Under the pieces are notes generated by a model, which made no database searches, was not told the DNA's origin, and saw only the letters and a program-made list of their open reading frames with translations. DNA of 64,000 nt from Octopus sinensis. Lineage: Eukaryota. The stretch spans positions 12,214,001 through 12,278,000 of the forward strand of contig NC_043001.1 of NCBI RefSeq assembly GCF_006345805.1, in the 5' to 3' direction. Below, piece after piece: positions 36,570-50,053 of this stretch. Every line of letters begins with the position of its first letter. Within the stretch, counting starts at the first letter, position 1. A program made the translations under genes and the position numbers.

Positions 36570-37684
36570 TAAATCAATTACACCAACCCCAATGCTCTAG
36601 TGGTACTTATTATAATGACCCTGAAAGGATGAAAGGCAAAGCTGACCTCGGCGGAATTTGAACTAATTCCACTAAGCATTTTCCCCGGCGCGCTAATGAT
36701 ACTGCCGCTCGGTCTAAATATAAAATATTCTTTCCTACTCTAGGCACAAGGCACAAAATTTTGGGGGAGGATATCTGTCGATTAGATCGATTCCCGTACG
36801 AGTTGGTACTTAATTTATCGACCCCTAAAGGACGAAAGTAAAGTCGACTTCGACGGAATATGAACACAGAACGTAACGGCAGATGTAATACCACTTTCTT
36901 TACTGCCCACAAGGGGCTAAACACAGAGAGGACAAACAAGGACAGGCAAACGGATTAAGTCGATTACATCGACCTCAGTACCTAACTGGTACTTTATTTA
37001 TCGACCCTGAAAGGATGAAAGGCAGAGTCGACCTCGGCGGAATTTGAATTCAGAACGCAGCGGCGGACGAATTACCTATTTCTTTATTACCCACAAGGGG
37101 CTAAACACAGAAGGGACAAGCAAGGACAGGCAAAATAATTAAGTCGATTATATCGATCCCAGTGTGAAACTGGTACTTTATTTATCGGCCCTGAAAGGAT
37201 GAAAGGCAAAGTCGACCTTGGCAGAATTTGAACTCAGTACGTAACGGCAGACGAAATACCTATTTCTATTTCTTTACTATCCACAAGAGGCTAAACAAAG
37301 AGGAGACAATCAAGGACAGACAAACGGATTAAGTCGATTATATCGGCTCCAGTGCGTAACTGGTACTTAATTTATCGACTCCGAAAGGATGAAAGTCAAA
37401 GTCGACCTCGGCGGAATTTGAACTCAGAACGTAACGATAGACGAGATACCTATTTCTTTACTACCCACAAGGGGCTAAACACAGAGAGGACAAACAAGGA
37501 CAGACAAAAGAATTAAGTCGATTATATCGATCCCAGTGTGAAACTGGTACTTTATTTATCGACCCTGAAAGGATGAAAGGCAGAGTCGACCTCGGCGGAA
37601 TTTGAATTCAGAACGCAGCGGCAGACGAAATATCGCTCAGTATTTCTCCCGGCGTGCTAACGTTTCTGCCAGCTCGTCGCCTCC
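36570..37684 (-). repeat. SINE-B multimer: one head + four ~184-190-bp body units, plus two further partial copies
   Basis: Unit junctions at ~36889, 37073, 37257, 37447, 37631. The A-box head is present only at 37631-37684. Confidence 0.88.
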
Positions 37685-38166
37685 TAATATAAAACATTGA
37701 ATAGAAATTAACAACACCGAATATAAAAGACTTGGTCTTAAAACTCCTTCAGCGTTGTACGAATTCAGATTACACACCTGTCGATAAAGGTATTATTGCT
37801 GTTTTATGTTATTTTAATAATCTATGAAATAAGATGCGATTTTAAAGTTACCGCTATAGTAAAATAAAATTAAAGATTGCCTTTAATTCAATAACATTAT
37901 TAGAATATAATCTTATTACAGAAACCACTGCCACTGACATATTTAAATGGATTTTTAAAACAACACAAGAAAAACACATAATAAATAGCAAATCATTCTA
38001 ATTTTTTTTCATTCATTTCGTCATATTTGTCAAATTTGTAAAAGAAAGCAATCCGATACAGGTTAATTCGAGAGAGAATTTAGAGTGGCAGCGTTTGAGT
38101 TCAATTTTGCGAAATACATATTGCTTTTAATTGGTCATAGCGATAAGGTAATTGACAGAGAGGAAC

Positions 38167-38205
<39 letters not shown>

Positions 38206-38239
38206 ACATAAATAACATAAATAATATATATATATATAT

Positions 38240-38392
38240 AATTAATTGTTATCGCCATATTAATATGGCAGTCATATAGATATAAGACTAATATCTATAA
38301 GACTGCCATATTAATATGACGATAACAATTAATTTCCAGTAACGCTGCCGTAATCTCTTTTAGAGAGACTTAGTAATTTTAATATTTCTATT
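38240..38392. mobile_element. Family H tail fold-back (~45-bp arms, 38240-38334)
   Basis: Inverted repeat aattaattgttatcg..atagatat / atatctat..gataacaattaatt. Confidence 0.7.
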
Positions 38393-38404
38393 ATATATAT
38401 ATAT

Positions 38405-38890
38405 AGTGAATTGAAGAAATGGAGTTGAACGAAGATTGAACAGAAATCGTTTTATTGCATTCTACACGTGTTTCGAAAGCCACAATTTACCAAATTCCGA
38501 TTGAATAAGGAGACCATATTGTGTCTTTCTCTTCGGGAAGAAATAGGAATTCCGTTGGCAAAAACAAAAACAGAACAGAGGCGCAGCAAAACAAATCGAA
38601 CGAGGCTCCTAAGAGCCCATGGCCAAACTGTTTATCAATGTATACATTGATAACATTGATAAACAGTTTGGCCATGGGCTCTTAGGAGCCTCGTTCGATT
38701 TGTTTTGCTGCGCCTCTGTTCTGTTTTTGTTTTTGCCAACGGAATTCCTATTTCTTCCCGAAGAGAAAGACACAATATGGTCTCCTTATTCAATCGGAAT
38801 TTGGTAAATTATGGCTTTCGAAACACGTGTAGAATGCAATAAAACGATTTCTGTTCAATCTTCGTTCAACTCCATTTCTTCAATTCACTA
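38405..38890. mobile_element. Family F Penelope-like fold-back, ~240-bp arms; a hammerhead with U4C in each arm
   Basis: Near-perfect palindrome centred ~38645. Right arm: CCGAAGA(38758-64) GAAAG..CTTTC GAAACACGTGTA GAA. Confidence 0.85.
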
Positions 38891-39044
38891 ATAATATTAA
38901 AATTCAATTATCCGCACCAACGCACGGTTGCAACACCATATGGTTGTACCTCCAACCGTGCTGTCTTCTGCTGTGATTTTTGCTACCAAGGTATCGGTTA
39001 AACTTTTGATTAATCTGCAACAAGATTATTCATCTTTCTATTTC

Positions 39045-39108
<64 letters not shown>

Positions 39109-41589
39109 TAGATAGATAGATAGATAGATAGATCTGTGTGTCTGTCTGTGTGTGCAATATAAATAATGTATATATTCGTATGAGTGTGCAGTCAGTCGGG
39201 CTTCCCCGAGATGCACGCGGGCGTGAAAACCTTTTGCGTTCTCTCGTACTGTGTCTGCGCATAGCTGACTTGTGGAACTTCGTCGAATAGTCATTGTTAT
39301 GTATAGGACGGATCTGGCTATAGTCCGAGTCCACTGTAACGACCACCCTCATCCCTTTGGCAGGAAAGAAGGGACATTTTTTCTATGTCTACTGGCCATG
39401 TTAAAAGCGGTTGTGTGGTTGACACGTTTGAAAGGGATGACGACGGGTTCCATCCCCTTTGGCCAAGGCCTCATTGAGATTTTCAGGTTCCACCTGAAAG
39501 GAAAAGTGAGATTGTAGTGGGAGATACTGTTACCCAGTAAGTTCGTTTAAAGGTGGGTGAATATAGCAAGAATAGCCCGCGTGAATTGGCCTACTCTAAG
39601 TGTGCACCTGTAGGTGCCTTCCTCAGGTTCACAAAGGTATTACTGGGGGTCTGTGAAGTAAATTCAAAATTCCATATGTCTATGAATATATTAGGATTAG
39701 CATATTAAAAGGGGTACGTGGGAAAACTCATTTAAATAAAAGATATGTAAAACATTGTTGAGAATCACTATGACAAGTTTGGAAACCAGTGTCTTAGAGA
39801 ATCGTGGGTGTATTCACAAGATAACTTCACGTTTGAAATCCGTTGTGGCTCCCCGTTATAATAAATTAAAATGAATCACCTCCACGCAGTTGCGTATGAA
39901 AATCTAGACGTGGCTCACGTAGAGAATAATGAATGCCTATTTTATACATCACAGCAGCAAAATAAATTTTCAAAAGACGAGGCTAAGAGATATTTTGATG
40001 CATTATTTCGTAAGTTTCGTTTAAACACCTACAATGTGTGAATACAGTGAGTCGGTAAGTATCTCTATCCTCGGCTTAAATACCGAACTAATTAAGTCTT
40101 ATAATAACTGTTAATTAGAATTTAACAAACAGACGAAACATTTGATGTCAAAATATATGTATGTGTTCGTTAGTAGTAGAGATGTATTAGTTCAAAATAG
40201 CATTCTGTATATCTAACTGAACGTGTATATACTGGTTACAACCAGTAAACTGCAGCATTCAACTTGAAAATGCTTCTCATAATGATGTATTTTGCTAATG
40301 CGTCTACACAAGAAAATTTCTTGAGAAGAAAACAGCAGTTTTCTGACATTCTACAATATATCCACGCTAAGTTAGATGTGTAGATTGCTGTATGTAGTTA
40401 TTGAGCGCCAACACAACCATGCATATAAATGTACATTAAAATATTCGAGTCACAATTTAAGGCGATCATCACGTGAACTTCCCATAAAGAATATATAAAT
40501 CTAAATATATATTCATATTATCTTACTCAAAAGTTTAAAGTACACACAAACGAAGACACACACACATAGTAATGTGTGCGTATATTTATAAGCATGATAT
40601 ACGTTTCTATAATAATACGCAGGTGGAAAAATATGGTTGTATTGTTGTTTCAACTCATAAACAAATGAACTATAATTTACTCATCTACGTAGAAATGAAA
40701 TACAATTTGACAATATAATGCATTTCTCGACCACTGATTCCTAGATTTAAATCTACGTAAATGCCAAAATAAACGTCTGTTTGAATCTATTAATATATTC
40801 AATATAGAAAGTTATTGGGATATCTAATCGGCTGAAAATTCTCATTTAAATATCGTCAGTAAGTTACTGAAATGATATCACCTTGGGTTTTGAATTTAGC
40901 TCATGAATCCAAGCATAAAAAGAAATATCGACATGTTTTGAAAAATAATTTATTTCTCATCATGATCCTAATATGAGGGTCACATGTAAATGTTAAAAGT
41001 ACTTGAAGCTGTATTTTCTACTTCGTATTCTAAAAAACATATTTTGCTTTTTGTTTAGCTTTTAAATTATTTACCTTGGTTTCTCTCGTGTATTTAAATA
41101 TTAATTCTTTGAATAGGCCAATTCCATAGAGTATCTATTTTGATAAGATATTTATTATGCCTTTCTGCAACATTACTGAATATTCAGCTACAGGGGAAAT
41201 ATTCTAAAAAGGGTAACATTAATATTAATCTATTAATTCCTCTTGCTTTATAGAATTTATCACAGTTTAGTAAACTATAATGAAATAAATATTTTGAATT
41301 TCAACTTTGTGCGTGTCAGAGTAAATCTATTGCGGAGCGTGGGTGATAATTTAAATATTTTGCTTCTGATATATTCTCAACGAGAATATAATTTCAATAA
41401 GGTCAGCGCTAACTCATCTAATGTAGCAGAAATACTAACCTCAATTAATCGATATTATGGCTGTATTTAAAAGGGATGAGAGATAGTAGAAACGTTAGAA
41501 CTTCGAAGGAAATAATTTGTGGTATTCACCCCGACTTTAAATCACTCCGATTTCGAATCTCGCTAAGTGTCGATAAATAAATACTAGAA

Positions 41590-41790
41590 AGGCAGCGAGC
41601 TGGCAGAAACGTTGGCTCGCCGAGCGAAATGCATAGCAGTATTTCGTCTGTCGCTACGTTCTGAGTTCAAATTCCGCCGAGGTTGACGTTGCCTTTCATC
41701 CTTTCGGGGTCGATTAAATACGTACCAGTTATAATCGACTTAATCCATTTGTCTGTCCTTGTTTGTCCCCTCTATGGGTAATAAAAAAAA
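41590..41790 (+). mobile_element. SINE-B
   Basis: Head GGCAGCGAGCTGGCAGAAACG plus core. Confidence 0.82.
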
Positions 41791-43571
41791 CATAAATAAA
41801 TACTAGATAAATACTAGATAAATAAATACTGGATAATTACGAACCATTCTTCAAATATTGCTGGCTTTGTACCTAATTTAGGTTCCTATGTGATACATCT
41901 ATTTGTGATCAGTAAGTGATATTGAACAATATTTAAAAATCAACAAAAGAAAGAAAATACGTAACAAAAATGTAAATAAGATGCAAAACAGCGGAAATAT
42001 AAAAGTCATTTAGAGGAAGAAGGACTTGGATCTAATGTACAAAGTCTCAATTCTGGATATAATAGAAGCAATATCTTGTCTGCCAAACCTATAGAAGGAA
42101 ATGAATACGCAGTATTAATCATACACTGGCCTCAAAATGCTCCTAAAAAAGAAGAAAATAGACAGAAGATATTTTGTGGTTAATGTCTCCATTTACCGGT
42201 AGATAGACGAGAAATTTGGATGCTGCTCAGAATAAAATTTGTGAAGATATTTCAATATTTACCAAAGATCTATGCATATATAAACAACTATTAATACCGT
42301 GCATTCTTAATTCCTTAGGTATGTATTTCTAAAGATGTATTCTACAATAAGCGAGTGAATACTTTAAACAATCTTCTATGTGTTACAAAGCATGTTCACA
42401 CTCATTGTGTAAAATTTAATGCATAATATTTGATTATTATATTAAGTTATCCATATAAACAATAAGGAAATATTATTTCACGGCTCTCATTATTAAAGCC
42501 TGAATTGACAACACAGCAGGGCGTTGTGCATTGTGCTTTGGGCTGCTCCATCGTCTCTTTTAGATTGTTTCTCTGTTCCATTGAAAAGATATAAAATGCA
42601 ATTGGTTTATTTATAAATTTATGTGTTTACTCTTCATTATTCTCTATCATCGTTTATCGCTCCTTAAAGACGTTGTTATTATTCACACTACTGCTATCTT
42701 GTAAGACTTCATGCATTCTAATCTATGCAGGCTTTCTTAGGCTTTCGTTATTGTTCCTACTGGTTTGTCTAAATTTCTATTATCCAAGGATTCAGCATCC
42801 ATTTTAACTACTGCACGGAATTTCCTTGACAAATGTTTTATGGGGAGACATACGATATCGTATTTTCGTTCGTTCTCTTCGTAATTCTTCGCTCGTCACT
42901 GCGCTGTTCACTGTCAATTTCCACAAAATATTTTCCCCTTCAGTTGTCTAAAGAAATCATTTTGATTCGGAGTTAATATTAGCAATCAACTAGATTTATG
43001 CGTCATCGACTACGATTCAACATCCGCCATTCATGCTAAGTGGGAATCTATAAACTGAATCAATTCACAGCTCCCAGCCATATATTAACCCGACATTGGA
43101 AGAGAACTTTTCCTTCTAGTGTATCTTTCTACTAGGGTTCCTACAAAAGTTATCCGCCTGATTGATTGAGATATTTCGTAATATGTGCTTCATATTTTTT
43201 CCTAGTTTTACATTTAATTTATTTTCTTTAGAATCTGCAAGAATTTGAATTAAAGACAATGAAGAATTTTTAAAAAATGCTTCAAACTTATGAGTTTCTT
43301 CATATACAATATGTGGCTGTGTGTACATATGTGCATGCGTTTTAGTGTGTATGTGTGTGCATGCGTGGGCGTGCATATGTATGTTCATTTTCTGTCTGTG
43401 TACAACACGGCTAGTCGTCACTAGTGAGTGGGTACGTATTTCCAAGAGTTACTATGATTGCATTTCCTGTTAGTCGCCGGCGTATGATTGAGCAAAAATA
43501 TTCAACCACTCTGTCCATGAAACGCGTCTCAGCAGTATATCCACCTTTTCCCATTGCGAGAGACAGGGCTT

Positions 43572-43808
43572 TGTACCTATTTTGTTACTGCCCACAAGGG
43601 GTTAAACACAGAGAGGAAAAACAAGGACAGACAAGCAGATTAAGTCGATTATATCGACTCCAGTGCGCAACTGGTACTTATTTAATCAACCCCGAGAGGA
43701 TGAAAAGCAAAGTCGACCTCTGCGGAATTTGAACTCGGAACGTAGCGGCAGACAAAATACCGCTAAGCATTTCGCCCGGCATGCTAACGTTTCTGCCAGC
43801 TCGCTGCC
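43572..43808 (-). mobile_element. SINE-B monomer
   Basis: Complete head and body. Confidence 0.86.
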
Positions 43809-45399
43809 TTAACAGCGCTTTGTACCAGCCACTGAATGGTACGCGTTGTAGTTCAGGAAACGGAAATCACGTGAAGCGAATGAATTTTCAATTAGACACA
43901 ACGCTACGCAACACCGTGGATACGAATTAACCCTATGACCTTACGACGAAGGGGAAAAATACCCAGTTAACGGTCCACGCGAACTAAATTAGTATTCTTA
44001 TAACCCGTGAGATATCCATAAATGGTTGTGCTATGAAACTATGAAAGAGGTTTTCGCTAAAATAATAATTACGTTTTACTGAACTTTTCCCACTATGTGG
44101 CCCTTTCGTAAGGTGACTTCTACAATAACCTCGAGTCGACCAAAGATTTGGATTTGGCAGAGGGAAACATAAAGGGTCCCATACATGTGTATGTATGTGT
44201 GTGAGTGTGTGTGTGCTAAAATATATTTAAAATACGTTATTCCCGGATCGGACCGATCCCTCGCTTAATCCACAAGGATTCTTCCTTCTTCAGCGAGAAA
44301 CACGATTAGAATAAATTGAACACTTAAATATAACCAAGGAAAAAGCAGATTCAATGCCATGTATACATCTAAGTACCCCATATATATCTAAACGGAAATT
44401 CTGTAGCAAGACTCAGTACACGTGTAGATGGTCTGGATGACTTACGTAAAGTGGTTACCAGTACCGAAGTGAATGGTAGTAAATTCACTTCTAATATAAG
44501 AATAAAATGTTTCGAAAAAGACAAAAATTTATCAAAATACATGTCAAGGTGATGATTATAAACAATCATAAATAAGCCCCCGCCCATTTTTTCTTTCTAT
44601 GCCAATATGCTGAAAAATAGACTTTAGATCGTGTAACTACATACAATACAATTTTCACTATAAATAGACAGTGTGTTGAAACGAGGAAGGCAAACTAACA
44701 GATATTTAAAAAGTTCGTTCTATGTGGTTAGACGATCTAAGGTCTACTTTTCAGCATATTGGCATAGAAAATATTTTTCTTCTTTTGCTCTTATTTATAT
44801 TGTTTACAATTTTCACTTTGAACGGTATTCTAATCTACTGGCCACTGATATATATATATAATATATATATATTATATATATATATATATATTATATATAT
44901 ATATGCATACATACATACATACATACATATTCTAAGAAATCCTATTACTAATCAATATATCTGTCTATTTATCTATCGTTCTATCTTCCTATCTATCAAC
45001 CTATTTATCTGTATGAGTTTAACTATGTCTATTCTCCATATGTATCTATGTAGCTATCAAGCTCCCAAACTCTATCTGTCTATACATCCCCGCATGCATG
45101 CATACATACATTGGTATACACAATCATATATTGTGTGTTTATATGTGTATACACAAATGTACTCACATACAAACAAATACACGAATGAAACAGGTGCGTG
45201 CACATACAAACACAAGTGCAACAAGACTAAACGGTTTCTTTGCCAATATAAGTTTCTAACTTTAATTCCACAGCTGCGCAACGTTGGCAAAAATCGTTTT
45301 CCTGTATCCAACACAATTTCTTATTGAAATATTGCCGAACATTGTCAGACAGAACGAAACTGTAATTCTAAGTTCGATTTTAAGTTCAATTCTAGGTTC

Positions 45400-46146
45400 G
45401 AATTTTCAAAGCAATAATGCAAATGACAAAGGAGTATATTCTGTAGATTTTACTTTATGAGTTCAATAAAGGCAACAACACGAAGGAAAGTGCAAGGAAT
45501 ATTAATGCTGTGTATGGGGATCGCACAATAAGGGTAAGCCAGTGTCAACTGTGGTTCCATATATTCCGAGCCGGAAACCGCAGCCCACAAGACGAGTCTT
45601 ATCCTGGAAGATCTGTAGAGCTCGATGACAACATCCTGCAAACACTGAAGGAAAAAAATCATATCGTAGCTTTTGAGGAACAAGCAAATAAGCTTAGATT
45701 TGGTCATTCAACCAGTCATTCAATTCAGAAGTAGAAAATCGACCATCTTAAGTTTCAAGACGAAAAGTGCTCTTCCATCCGTATAATGTTTGACAACATG
45801 CAATGAGTATGACATTCCAAAAGCTATAATGGGAAACGATGCCCCACCCCACCATATTCCCCGGTCATTGCTCCATCTGGTTATAACTTATTCCACAGTC
45901 TTCAAAATCATTTGGACAGGAAAGCATAGGAATTCTGTAGACGATGTCAGACCAGTACTGGACGAGTATTTTACATCACGGACAAGTGAAATTTGGAAGA
46001 ATGACCTTGTACGTCCACCAGATACATAGAAGTGCATTGTAGAAAATGCAGGAGAGTATACGTCAGACGAAGAACTTTGTTTATCTCATTTTTGAAAAAT
46101 AAATTAAGTATAAAAAACGCATTATTTATGGGATGGCCCAATATAT
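45400..46146 (+). mobile_element. Degenerate, internally deleted mariner transposase relic
   Basis: LLYEFNKGNN..INAVYGD..QLWFHIFRAGN..D..GR (HTH) and PHPPYSPVIAPSGYNLF (YSPDLAP motif); right TIR-like end aaacgcattatttatgggatggcccaatata. Confidence 0.8.
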
Positions 46147-48227
46147 TGCAGTGGAGTAAATGTGTTAATGGAACATATTATACTTGTATTGGAACAAACG
46201 AATTTATTAAAAATATTTATTCTTCATCCATATTTGCATTGGCATTACATCTCAAATTTTTTACTTTTATTTTCCTAAAAAAAGAAAAAAAAAAGAAAAA
46301 AAATAGTACTCGGAATTGACAGGATACTGTTTTATCTCTCCTCCCCTGTGGTGTAAAAATTATCTTCGCGAGCGGTCAGAGTTCCAGTTTATGATCAATA
46401 ATTTCCGTCCCGCAGCACGTCAAACATTTTCTATTCTGTCACTGATGGCGTTTTTTCCTGATTTCGCAGCTCTCTGAAGTAATTCTCAAAATTCCTATTC
46501 TTAAAAGATGAAAATATGGCACAATTCATCCGTCTTCATGCACCGATTTCGCATTTTGCATTTCTTTTTTTTTTTTTAAGTCTAGAATATAAGTACCAGT
46601 CGATTACTGGGGTCGATGTAATCGACTTATCCCCATCTGCGAAATTGCTGTCCTTGTGTCAAATCCTGGGACCAGTTTTGGTATTGCTACGATAATTTTC
46701 AATGACATTGTCGCTAATTGCTTTTCTTAACTATTTGGTTTTTATATATTGTTTTATTCTCAAATCGTGATTCTTTAATGTGACACATCTTACGGGTCTA
46801 TTTCATATATTTTTGTGCTGTTACAAAGTTTTGTCTGACAAAATTCTTTTCTTTTAAATGTTTGACGCATATACCAGCCTTTCGTCTGCAATAGAAACTG
46901 TATTCTTTATGTAACTTTCACGTATTTGCTGGAGGCCACTCTACAAGTCATACCCTTTTAATCTTTGTTGGGTAGACGGATAATATGCCAAAATTTGAAA
47001 GAATTAACGAGAATGGCATGGAAAGATGTTTAGAGCTCTGGATAAATGTTAAGTGTAAATGCTGCAATCATGCTTACAAGGTCGATAAAATGAAGTCACT
47101 ATCAAATAATTGACGGAAGCAATTAACTAACATTATACCATTAAAAAGAATTTGACTTTCGACCAAGATGTGACTGGCCAGTAAATCTATTAGTATTAGA
47201 CAAAAATGATTTGCATTAATTCTTCTGACGTCACGTTCTGAGTTCAAATGCCGCCGAGGTTGAATATAATGTTTATCCATTCGAGGTCATTGAAATAAGT
47301 ATCAGTTGGCAGAATCGTTAGCACGCCGGCAAAATTCTTCACAATAGTCCATCTGCCTTTACGTTCAGAGTTCAAAATCCGCCGACCTTGATTTTGCATT
47401 TCCTCCTTTTGCTGCACTGGGGTTGCTGTAATAAAATTACCTGTCCCTTAAAATATTGCTAGCATTGTGCCATTATTTGAAAGCATTATTATGTAGTATA
47501 ATGTACTTTGATAATTACTGATCGAACGTTCGCTTGCTCTGTTCTTGAAAATTAAATAAAAAGAAAGCGACTTTTCGCAAATGAACATCAGTTCTAGATT
47601 CTTCGACGACTTTTCACTAATTGTCTCCGTTTTTGCATCATTATATTGGATCATTAAGATCTAATCGGCGTACATCGAAATCTAAAATTCTTTCACAATC
47701 TGCAAACTGATATTATAACCCTGTGTTATTAGTGTGATATTATCTGGCTTTAGAATACAGTAAATTAGATGCCAACGGATAAAATTATTAAAGTCTTTCT
47801 AGATGACTGTTACGGAAGTTATCGTCTCTTCCGTTAAGAGTCGAGACATAAATCTAGTCATTATATCGCATCGTTACCTTCCTTCCTTTGATATCAGATC
47901 TAATGACATGGTTATTGTATGCTTTCGCTTTATCTCATTACACTATTCGTATTTAATTTTTTTCTTCTGCCGGTACACATGATGCAATTATAAAAATGTA
48001 GTTCATCTAAGGAGTTGAACTATTCACATAAGCAGATATTGAAATCATGGAATTTCTATTGTAGCAATATCCATAGGATTTCAAAATAAAAATTTTTTCG
48101 TTATTTTGTGCCCCTTTTGTAAATTGCAAGAATAATAAATGGATTGTGTTCTATAAGTTACAAAACTATCGAGACACAAGAGAGACACAAATCCGACCCA
48201 GTTGGATGTATTGGTATAAAAAGGGTA

Positions 48228-48562
48228 AAGACCCCCTTCGGTCATGAATGACCATGGGATTGCACCTAGAAAGTTACCCTCCTAGACACAAGTCCGGGCA
48301 AGGTTGTTTATGGAAGGCCAGCAGTCGCCCATGCATACCGGCCTCCCCTCTCCACGCCACCAGTGTTATCCAAGGGAAAGACAAAGGTCGATACAGCTTG
48401 GCACCAGTGACGTCGCAACTCATTTCTACAGCTGAGTGAACTGGAGCAACGTGAAATAAAGTGCCTTGCTCAAGAACACAACACGCAGCCCGGTCCGGGA
48501 TTCGAGCTCACAACCTCACGATCGTAAGCTCGACGCTCTAACCACTGAGCCATGCGCCTTCA
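48228..48562 (-). mobile_element. SINE-D (tRNA head + CORE/V-like central segment)
   Basis: Head GGCGCATGGCTCAGTGGTTAGAGCG..GAGCTCGAATCCC; central GTGTTCTTGAGCAAGGCACTT; 3' hairpin GGTC-attcat-GACC. Confidence 0.82.
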
Positions 48563-48594
48563 CTAATAAGGTATAATACCTTATTAATAAGCAA

Positions 48595-49385
48595 GGCGGC
48601 GAGCTGGCAGAAACGTTAGCACGCCGGGCGAAATGCGTAGCCGTATTTCGTCTGTCATTACGTTGTGAGTTCAAATTCCGCCGAGGTCGACTTTGCCTTT
48701 CATCCTTTCGAGGTCGATTAAATAAGTATCAGTTACGCACTGGGGGTCGATATAATCGACTTAATCCTTCTGTCTGTCCTTGTTTGTCCTCTCTGTGTTA
48801 TGCCACTTGTGGATAGTAAAGAAATAGGTATTTCATCTGCCGTTACGTTCTGAGTTCAAATTCCGCCGAGGTTGACTTTGCCTTTCATCCTTTCGAGGTC
48901 GATTAAATAAGTATCAGTTACGCACTGGGGGTCGATATAATCGACTTAATCCTTCTGTATGTCCTTGTTTATCCTCTCTGTGTTATGCCCCTTGTGGATA
49001 GTAAAGAAATAGGTATTTCATCTGCCGTTACGTTCTGAGTTCAAATTCCGCCGGGGTTGACTTTGCCTTTCATCCTTTCGAGGTCGATTAAATAAGTATC
49101 AGTTACGCACTGGGGGTCGATATAATCGACTTAATCCTTCTGTCTGTCCTTGTTTATCCTCTCTGTGTTATGCCCCTTGTGGATAGTAAAGAAATAGGTA
49201 TTTCATCTGCCGTTACGTTCTGAGTTCAAATTCCGCCGAGGTCGACTTTGACTTTCATCCTTTCGGGGTCGATAAATTAAGGACCAGTTGAAGACTGGTG
49301 TCGATGTAATCGACTTAATCCGTTTGTCTGCCCGTGTTCGTCCTCTCTGTGTTTAGTCCCTTATGGGCAGTAAAGAAATAGGTAT
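48595..49385 (+). repeat. SINE-B multimer: one head + four ~185-bp body units, flanked by a probable TSD
   Basis: Junctions at 48827, 49012, 49197; aggtataatacctta at 48569-48583 and 49380-49394. Confidence 0.9.
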
Positions 49386-50019
49386 AATACCTTAATAAGT
49401 TTGCTTGTTCGCTATGCTGCGCTGGGGACACATTTACAAAATTGATTTGCTTCAGTCTGATCCAAATATGGCAAATGTACAAACTGCCGGGAAAATTCAC
49501 AATGCATGTTTCTATGCATGTAGTTTTTTTCAAATACGAATTTTGGAGTCTCAGCAAAGTAAAATGTCGTCTTTCAGTAAATGAATTAAAATCCTGCTGT
49601 TGTAGCAAATGTTGTGTGTCGTTACTATCTATATAATAACCTGTTTGTTCATTTGCCCGTTATACTTTAGTTAGTTAGAGAGGCCCGTTATACTTTAGTT
49701 TGTTAATGCCTAGTGCAAGAGTGTGAGAGAGAGATGGGCATTTAGTAGTGTTAGTAGAGAAGAGAGAAGTAGAGAAAGAGGTATAATAAGATCAAATGCG
49801 TCAAGTGGTTAGTTGACGGGAGAGAAAAAGACAGTGAGAGAAAAGAGGGAAAGAGAAGTGTTAATGACGTTTTGTAGGGTCGGGGGAGATAAAGAGAAAG
49901 AGATATATTTAGGATACAATAGAGTTAGCAGAGGGTAATGTCTTGTTGGTGAGGTTAAAGAAACGCAGATACAGAGAGAGGGGCAGGGGAGGCAATTACA
50001 TTAAGAGACAGACAGATAG

Positions 50020-50053
<34 letters not shown>

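Noticed and set aside
36570-37684. Regularly spaced repeats superficially like a CRISPR array (also 48595-49385)
   Set aside because: Units are ~185-bp SINE bodies with no unique spacers; eukaryotic context; no cas genes.
39160-39260. RERKR followed by CTLIRIYTLF, resembling a furin site plus TGF-beta start
   Set aside because: The frame runs straight into a microsatellite; the rest of the cystine-knot pattern is absent.
41990-42960. Short open frames in AT-rich DNA (SHLEEEGLG.. on plus; MDAESLDNRN.. on minus)
   Set aside because: Frequent stops and no recognisable motif or consistent splice pattern.
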